From assembly GCA_950097015.1 (NCBI GenBank), contig CATNEN010000033.1:2666001-2730000 (forward strand): a stretch of 64,000 nucleotides of DNA, read 5' to 3'. Shown one piece after another: positions 56,377 to 64,000 of this stretch; within the stretch, counting starts at the first letter, position 1; every line of letters starts with the position of its first letter. The notes under the pieces are model-generated. The model was not told the DNA's origin. It saw only the letters and a list, made by a program, of their open reading frames with translations, and did not search any database. Source of the stretch: Macrostomum hystrix (Eukaryota > Animalia > Platyhelminthes). Both the position numbers and the translations under genes were made by a program.

Positions 56377-57385
56377 CAGACTGACCCACCTGTTAGACCG
56401 ACTAAAAAACGGTTAGACAGACTGACCCACCTGTTAGACAGACTAAAAAACCTGTTAGACAGACTGACCCACCTGTTAGACAGACTAAAAAACCTGTTAG
56501 ACAGACTGATCCACCTGTTAAACAGACTAAAAAACCTGTTAGACAGACTGAACCACCTGTTAGACAGACTAAAAAACCTGTTAGACAGACTGATCCACCT
56601 GTTAAACAGACTAAAAAACCTGTTAGACAGACTGACCCACCTGTTAGACAGACTAAAAAACCTGTTAGACAGACTGATCCACCTGTTAAACAGACTAAAA
56701 AACCTGTTAGACAGACTGAACCACCTGTTAGACAGACTAAAAACCTGTTAGACAGACTGATCCACCTGTTAAACAGACTAAAAAACCTGTTAGACAGACT
56801 GACCCACCTGTTAGACAGACTAAAAACCTGTTAGACAGACTGACCCACTTGTTAGACAGACTGACCCACTTGTTAGACAGACTGAAACACCTGTTAGACT
56901 GGCCCACCTGTTAGACTGGCCCACCTGTTAAACTGACTAAAAAACCTGTTAGACAGACTGATCCACCTGTTAAACAGACTAAAAAACCTGTTAGACAGAC
57001 TGATCCACCTGTTAAACAGACTAAAAAACCTGTTAGACAGACTGAACCACCTGTTAGACAGACTAAAAAACCTGTTAGACAGACTGACCCACCTGTTAGA
57101 CAGACTAAAAACCTGTTAGACAGACTGACCCACTTGTTAGACAGACTGACCCACTTGTTAGACAGACTGAAACACCTGTTAGACTGGCCCACCTGTTAGA
57201 CTGGCCCACCTGTTAGACAGACTAAAAAACCTGTTAGACAGACTGACCCACCTGTTAGACAGACTAAAAACCTGTTAGACAGACTGACCCACTTGTTAGA
57301 CAGACTGACCCACTTGTTAGACAGACTGAAACACCTGTTAGACTGGCCCACCTGTTAGACTGGCCCACCTGTTAGACAGACTGGC
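56377..57385. repeat. Minisatellite of alternating ~17-21-bp units sharing the core CTGTTAGACAGAC
   Basis: Direct reading. Confidence 0.93.
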
Positions 57386-57437
57386 AAATCAGAAAGCTAG
57401 CTCAGAAAGACAACACTCTATTGCTCAATTCTTGTCT

Positions 57438-59930
57438 CTAAGGCATTAGAGCGACTTGTCTAAAACTGATCGAGCATCGACAGAGCGGGCAGTTGTCCAG
57501 CAGCTGTGAGCAGTTTGAGCAGGCAAACATGTGGCCGCAGGGCACGAGCACCACCGAGATTGGCTGGTCGGCGCACAGGCTACAAGTCTGCTCCTGTTGC
57601 AGAGTCTGCAACCGGCTTGAAAGTGCTGCGAGTGTCTGAATGAAAATCAGCAAAAATAACATTATTGCCTTCGTTTAATTCGAATCTTGCTACTAACAGT
57701 AGAACTAACGCATGTTTAATTTAGTCACCTCAGTAGCGTCAGCTGTTTCAGTAAGAAAAGTCGCAGTTTTGGACGCCAACCGCAGCAGCTGGAACTGTCT
57801 GCGACGCGCCAAATCATGCACCTCCCTGGCTGTGCGGCCTACATCGAACGCGAACTCACGGATGGCTGCGTTTGAAGTGCCGAAAATTAGCGACACAGAG
57901 TTAATTATAGAATTAATTATAGAATTAATTACAGAAAAAAAGAACATTTTTAAATCTCTCATTCGTGCCAGCACATTTATTTCACTCACCCCATCCGCCC
58001 ATAACTCACCCTATCAGCCTCTCACCCACCCCATCAGCCTCTCACCCACCCCATACGCCTCCCGCCCACCATATGCGCCTCTCACAAACCCCATCCGCCT
58101 CTCAACCTCCCCATCCGCCTCTCACCCACCCCATACGCCTCCCGCCCACCATATGCGCCTCTCACAAACCCCCCATCCGCCTCTCACCCTCCCCATCCGC
58201 CTCTCACCCACCCCATATTTTCTGCTGCTCACCACAGTCGTCCTCGCTTGCGGTGCCTTTAATCAGTGCCGCCAGCGCAGCCGTGGGTTTGACGTGCCGC
58301 TGTCTATGGCTCGGCAGCTCGCGGGCAAGCAGCTCAGAGCGCACAGTGTCGCACCTGAAGAAGCTGTGCATCTCAGTGACGCATCTGTAGAGCCCCTCGG
58401 CTGCTTTGCCGCTGACCAGGCGAAATCCAAACTCTCGCTGGCAGCCGCCTTGGTTGCTTAGCAACAGGTGAACAAGGCGACCGCTTCTCGTCACCTTTTC
58501 GACCCGTGGGAATGCGTACCTGATTGGATATCAGACAGACGGCTAGAAGCAATACAACGGATCACCGATATAAGTTCGCAAATTTAGCTTTGATTTTCGG
58601 AATCCAGCCTACCTCTGAAGGACGTCGCGAGACTCCGTGCAGATGAGCACGGCGGCTGAGTTAACGCCGATTTGAAATTTGCGACGCTGGCAGTCTTTCG
58701 CGGCATAGAAATGGCAGCCATAGTCTGGACGCTGAGACAATGCCTTCAGGGTTGTTGCCAGCGACGCCTCCTGCCCGGCGCGCCTCTGAGCCTCTAGCAG
58801 GAACAGCTGCCTGCGCATCAGAGACCGGCTTGGATGTAACGACCCTTAGGGGTCACTGACGTCCATAATGGAGTCTGAGGGGACAATCACCTTCCATTAT
58901 GAGTCTGAGGGGACACTGACCTCCCATAATGAGTCTGAGGGGGTACTGACCTCCCATAATGAGTCTGAGGGGGTACTGACCTCCCATAATGAGTCTGAGG
59001 GGGTACTGACCTCCCATAATGAGTCTGAGGGGGTACTGACCTCCCATAATGAGTCTGAGGGGGTACTGACCTCCCATAATGAGTCTGAGGGGACGCTGAC
59101 CTCCCATAATGAGTATGAGGGGACACTGACCTCCCATAATGAGTCTGAGGGGACGCTGACCTCCCATAATGAGTCTGAGGGGATACTAACCTCCCATAAT
59201 GAGTCTGAGGGGCACTGGTTGACCTTCCACAAACAGTCGGGACGGACACAGACCCCCACATTCAATTCCGAAAACCAGCTGTCTATGGTCAAAATCGCCT
59301 CACCGAGTCTCCTCCTCCACCAGGATGTGCGGCTCGGCGAAGAATCGAACAGCCAGACGCAGGCGGCAGCGACTTCGTCTGGGCAGCTGCTTGACGAGCG
59401 GATTTCGACTGTTGACCCAGAGCTCCTCGCCCTGACTGCCCGAGTGAGTCAAGCCGAAGTAGTTAGCCTCGTCCAAGACGCCCAGGCTGCGGCACAGCTA
59501 GAATTAAATATACAAAAGAGTCTTAGAATTTCTGCAGCCTACTGACTATCATGAGGTATTTCAAGGCTTTTTCGAATCTAAGTGTTTTTTAAAGCCTGCT
59601 TGTTTGCATCACAAATCTTGTATGGAGAGTTTCAGGGACCACTCCAGACTCCAGAGAGACAAAATAGTTGTGTTGCACAATTAAAGTTATAATTATGTCG
59701 GCTTCTTTCTTTAGAAAACTTTGGAAAGAATTTAGCTTTGGAAAAAATTAGCAAAATAAAAATCCAAGACAAGACGACTGAAAATGATTCTGAAAATGAC
59801 GACTCACCAATTTAATGCAGTCATTGCCAGTAGCTCGGGCAGGAAGTGTCAATAATTTAATCTTCCCATCTGGTAGAGTCACTTCGTAGATATTGTCCTG
59901 ACTGATTCGATTGCTCCTGCGAAACAGCAT
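57438..59930 (-). CDS. MYLIP: MYLIP/IDOL-like FERM-RING E3 ubiquitin ligase, 6 exons (59930-59808, 59497-59304, 58810-58613, 58519-58233, 57865-57729, 57635-57438)
   Basis: All five introns are GT-AG with consistent phase. Motifs VTLPDG..ATGNDC, YFGL..GEELWVNSRN, RFFAEPHIL, DYG, LYRCVTEMHSFFRCDTV, FAFDVGRTAREVHDLARR and the C-terminal C3HC4 RING are recognisable MYLIP/Dnr1 features. Confidence 0.9.
57985..58215. repeat. C-rich intronic tandem repeat (ccgcctctcacccacccccat-type)
   Basis: Direct reading; lies inside a MYLIP intron. Confidence 0.85.
58862..59225. repeat. 30-bp intronic tandem minisatellite atgagtctgagggggtactgacctcccata
   Basis: Direct reading; lies inside a MYLIP intron. Confidence 0.95.
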
Positions 59931-60464
59931 TGCTTGATCTGATGACGGGCTGTGAACTGTCCCTGACTGCTGGCCTTTGCTTTCAGTTCAGGAATTATAT
60001 TTCAACAGGCATCGGTCAGCGGAATTCCAGTCGCTACTGAGAAGATATTCGAAGCGGGGTTCGAACTCAGCTTCCCCAACCCTCCTCGCACATGCCTCGG
60101 CCGCATGGCGCAGCTATCCGATTTTTCATCGCGCCCTTCGTCATAGTGGAGGTTGAGGTGGGGTGGGTTAGGGGTTCCCCTCTCTTCAAGGTCGCACGTG
60201 CACACGCTGCGTGTACGTGAACAATAGATAAGAGCCAGTGTCGCGAGGGAACTCTTTCGGTTCTAAATTTAGCCACAAAGGGCATTAGCGCGTGGCGAAG
60301 GCGCAAACTGAATCGCTTTCATTAATCGAGCTAGTCGCCAAGATATCGGCGATTGTTTATGCTATTTGCAGGTATTTTATTTTTGATTCACAGTGCGCAT
60401 TTTAGAAACCAAACCAAAAGTATGTTATACTTATCTAGCTGTCTGTCAACTGACATATCTAACA

Positions 60465-61835
60465 GTTAGGCATCCTGTCTTACAGGCATGTTTAACAGGT
60501 AGGCATCCTGTCTAACAGCGTGTCTAAAAGATAGGCATCCTGTCTAAGAGGTATGTCTAACAGGTAGGCATCCTGTCTTACAGGCATGTCTAACAGGTAG
60601 GCATCCTGTCTTACAGGCATGTCTAACAGGTAGGCATCCTGTCTTACAGGCATGTCTAACAGGTAGGCATCCTGTCTTACAGGCATGTTTAACAGATAGG
60701 CATCCTGTCTAACAGCGTGTCTAACAGATAGGCATCCTGTCTAACAGCGTGTCTAACAGATAGGCATCCTGTCTAACAGCGTGTCTAACAGATAGGCATC
60801 CTGTCTAACAGCGTGTTTAACAGATAGGCATCCTGTCAAACAGCGTGTCTAACAGATAGGCATCCTGTCTAACAGCGTGTCTAACAGATAGGCATCCTGT
60901 CTAACAGCGTGTCTAACAGATAGGCATCCTGTCTAACAGCGTGTCTAACAGATAGGCATCCTGTCTAACAGCGTGTCTAACAGATAGGCATCCTGTCTAA
61001 CAGCGTGTCTAACAGATAGGCATCCTGTCTAACACCGTGTCTAACAGATAGGCATCCTGTCTAACAGCGTGTCTAACAGATAGGCATCCTGTCTAACACC
61101 GTGTCTAACAGATAGGCATCCTGTCAAACAGCGTGTCTAACAGATAGGCATCCTGTCTAACAGCGTGTCTAACAGATAGGCATCCTGTCTAACAGCGTGT
61201 CTAACAGATAGGCATCCTGTCTAACAGCGTGTCTAACAGATAGGCATCCTGTCTAACAGCGTGTTTAACAGATAGGCATCCTGTCAAACAGCGTGTCTAA
61301 CAGATAGGCATCCTGTCTAACAGCGTGTCTAACAGATAGGCATCCTGTCTAACACCGTGTCTAACAGATAGGCATCCTGTCTAACAGCGTGTCTAACAGA
61401 TAGGCATCCTGTCTAACAGCGTGTCTAACAGATAGGCATCCTGTCTAACAGCGTGTCTAACAGATAGGCATCCTGTCAAACAGCGTGTCTAACAGATAGG
61501 CATCCTGTCTAACAGCGTGTCTAACAGATAGGCATCCTGTCTAACAGCGTGTCTAACAGATAGGCATCCTGTCTAACAGCGTGTCTAACAGATAGGCATC
61601 CTGTCTAACAGCGTGTCTAACAGATAGGCATCCTGTCTAACAAGCGTGTCTAACAGATAGGCATCCTGTCTAACAAGCGTGTCTAACAGGTAGGCATCCT
61701 GTCTAAGAGGCATGTCTAACATGAGGTGGGAATACTGTCTAACAAGCGTGTCTAACAGATAGGCATCCTGTCTAAGAGATAGGCATCCTGTCTAACAGGT
61801 AGGCATCCTGTCTAACAAGCGTGTCTAACAGGTAG
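60465..61835. repeat. 32-bp tandem minisatellite ctaacagataggcatcctgtctaacagcgtgt
   Basis: Direct reading. The core is the reverse complement of the 56.4-57.4 kb core. Confidence 0.95.
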
Positions 61836-62256
61836 GCAATGCAGCTTAGGCTAATGTTATAAGGCCGAACAGCCTAAACAGACTTGGAAAACCTAAGTGT
61901 TTATAACAATATGTTTCGAATATTGCGACAGTTTTTTACGAGTCATGAATTCGACCGGCTAAACATTTCTATTTTAAACTTACATTTGCTTCATAGAAAC
62001 GGAGATGTCAAGGCTATGATCAGAGATGAGCATGCAAAAAAATATTTTTGGCTGGGTACATCTTTATGGCGTCAGCATCAGAAGACAGGAAAGACAATGC
62101 TGGACAGTACTCGCTCGTAAAGAACAGTTAAAGCAGATAGAAACACATGTAGAATTGTGGCAAAAGCTGGGCTTAAGGCTATTGTAAATTTCATAGGTAA
62201 AACTCTAAGCATCTGTTGTGTAATTGCAAAATCTCGGGCCGGTATAGTTTGAGCTG

Positions 62257-62400
62257 TCAGGCTAGGATCTGCAGCAATAACCAGCCTAGGCTGTAAGCTG
62301 ATAGTAGGGCCAGTACTAACACGCCTCCGTTAGCTGATGAAAATTTCATTGATATCCAGTAGATTGAGCGCCATGCTAGTACTGACCATTGGGACATATG

Positions 62401-62437
<37 letters not shown>

Positions 62438-62568
62438 AGACGGAGCCTCAGTCGCCATGCCAGTTTAGATAGCGCAAATGCTGCAATCATTGACCAGCAG
62501 ACCAATTGATACAGCCAGCAATACTGACCTGGGTTGGCCTGTGATGGGACAGTTTGAGAACATCTCAT
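62257..62568 (-). CDS. Possible exon of a multi-pass membrane protein with a polyQ tract
   Basis: Hydrophobic stretches flank a (CAG)n run. No family recognised. Confidence 0.3.
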
Positions 62569-62809
62569 TAACTGATTTGCTAATCAAATTTATGCCTTGT
62601 TAGCTCAGCACTACTTACTACTTTCAGCATCATTTCTGATGATCTGTTTTCTGTTCGAATAATTTTCTGCGGTTAGTTTTCCTTGGCTGTGATATCGGGT
62701 CTTCTCCGAAAAACTGAGGGAGTCGGATGAATGACAGAGATAGGAGATAGGAGACACGGTAGTGAGGGAGAGAGGCCTCCAAAAAGACAAAGAGAAGGGA
62801 AACGAGAGG

Positions 62810-63602
62810 TAGATGAGAGAGGGAGAGAGTAGATGAGAGAGGGAGAGAGTAGATGAGAGAGGGAGAGAGTAGATGAGAGAGGGAGAGTGTAGATGAGAGA
62901 GGGAGAGAGTAGATGAGAGAGGGAGAGTGTAGATTAGAGAGGGAGAGTGTAGATGAGAGAGGGAGAGTGTAGATGAGAGAGGGAGAGTGTAGATGAGAGA
63001 GGGAGAGTGTAGATTAGAGAGGGAGAGTGTAGATGAGAGAGGGAGAGTGTAGATGAGAGAGGGAGAGTGTAGATGAGAGAGGGAGAGAGTAGATGAGAGA
63101 GGGAGAGAGTAGATGAGAGAGGGAGAGAGTAGATGAGAGAGGGAGAGAGTAGATGAGAGAGGGAGAGAGTAGATGAGAGAGGGAGAGTGTAGATGAGAGA
63201 GGGAGAGTGTAGATGAGAGAGGGAGAGAGTAGATGAGAGAGGGAGAGAGTAGATGAGAGAGGGAGAGAGTAGATGAGAGAGGGAGAGAGTAGATGAGAGA
63301 GGGAGATGGTAGATGAAAGAGGGAGAGAGTAGATTAGAGAGGGAGACAGTAGATTAGAGAGGGAGAGAGTAGATTAGAGAGGGAGAGAGTAGATGAGAGA
63401 GGGAGATGGTAGATGAAAGAGGGAGAGAGTAGATTAGAGAGGGAGACAGTAGATTAGAGAGGGAGAGAGTAGATTAGAGAGGGAGAGAGTAGATGAAAGA
63501 GGGAGAGAGTAGATTAGAGAGGGAGAGAGTAGATGAAAGAGGGAGAGAGTAGATTAGAGAGGGAGAGTGTAGATGAGAGAGGGAGAGAGTAGATTAGAGA
63601 GG
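62810..63602. repeat. 20-bp purine-rich minisatellite agatgagagagggagagagt
   Basis: Direct reading. Confidence 0.95.
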
Positions 63603-64000
63603 GAAAGAGGCAGATAGGAAGCGGTGGCAAGTGCTAGAGGGACAATACATGAGGACATCGAAGACATGGACAAGATCCACGACATTAAAATGTTTTGTCT
63701 AACTCAAGACAGTTATAAGTCCATAAGTCCATATGTCGCAGGCAAGTTCACACAAAGCCGTACACATTGTATTTCTACAGCGAACAGGCAGGCAAACAAA
63801 AATCAATAGACTCTAAAGCCACAATTTCTTAAGATTTTCAGGGACTCCTGCGACTGAACAGTTATTTACCATTGCCGTCTTCATTTGCGCCACACACTCT
63901 TGACTGAGTGGCGAATGCTGAAAATCCGTACGTTAGAGGATGGGAAAACATTAGCGTTGGCCTTTCTGGACACAAACTCTGCGAACCTAGCATTGCTACT

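Noticed and set aside
57712-58461. 249-aa + strand ORF
   Set aside because: Antisense to MYLIP exons 4-5 and spanning a C-rich repeat, with no domain signal.
58868-59545. 225-aa + strand ORF (ESEGVLTSHN repeats)
   Set aside because: It is a 30-bp intronic minisatellite plus the antisense of a well-supported MYLIP exon.

Overview
Eukaryotic (metazoan, probably invertebrate) genomic DNA, judged from GT-AG introns, animal-type genes and abundant minisatellites; the species cannot be fixed from sequence alone. The left ~38 kb is a nested mobile-DNA cluster. It holds an intact APE-RT LINE (12.3-18.1 kb), a 5'-deleted DD34D mariner (9.26-10.37 kb) and a hAT MITE (37.6-38.1 kb). These sit in or beside at least two rearranged partial copies of what looks like one large, intron-containing DNA element (about 2.8-10.7 kb and 18.3-37.6 kb). 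That element encodes a 3-exon double-zinc-finger tyrosine recombinase (two copies), a 2-exon SF3 helicase with a PIP box, an 8-repeat acidic protein resembling RPA70N-binding motifs, a second double-zinc-finger protein, and several small duplicated ORFs. It also carries tRNA-like Pol III cassettes, ~96-bp arrays built on the perfect palindrome GTATTTTCGCGAAAATAC, and hairpins with compensatory substitutions. I see no capsid, packaging ATPase or DNA polymerase gene. The best candidate novel system is therefore a YR-integrating, helicase-encoding element that relies on the host replisome (inference). The right ~26 kb is host-like: Ig-domain exons, an intronless Toll-type LRR receptor without TIR, a 6-exon MYLIP/IDOL FERM-RING gene, a tRNA-Lys/CORE-like SINE and many minisatellites whose long ORFs are artefacts. 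All alignments, splice models and counts were done by eye, with no database searches.
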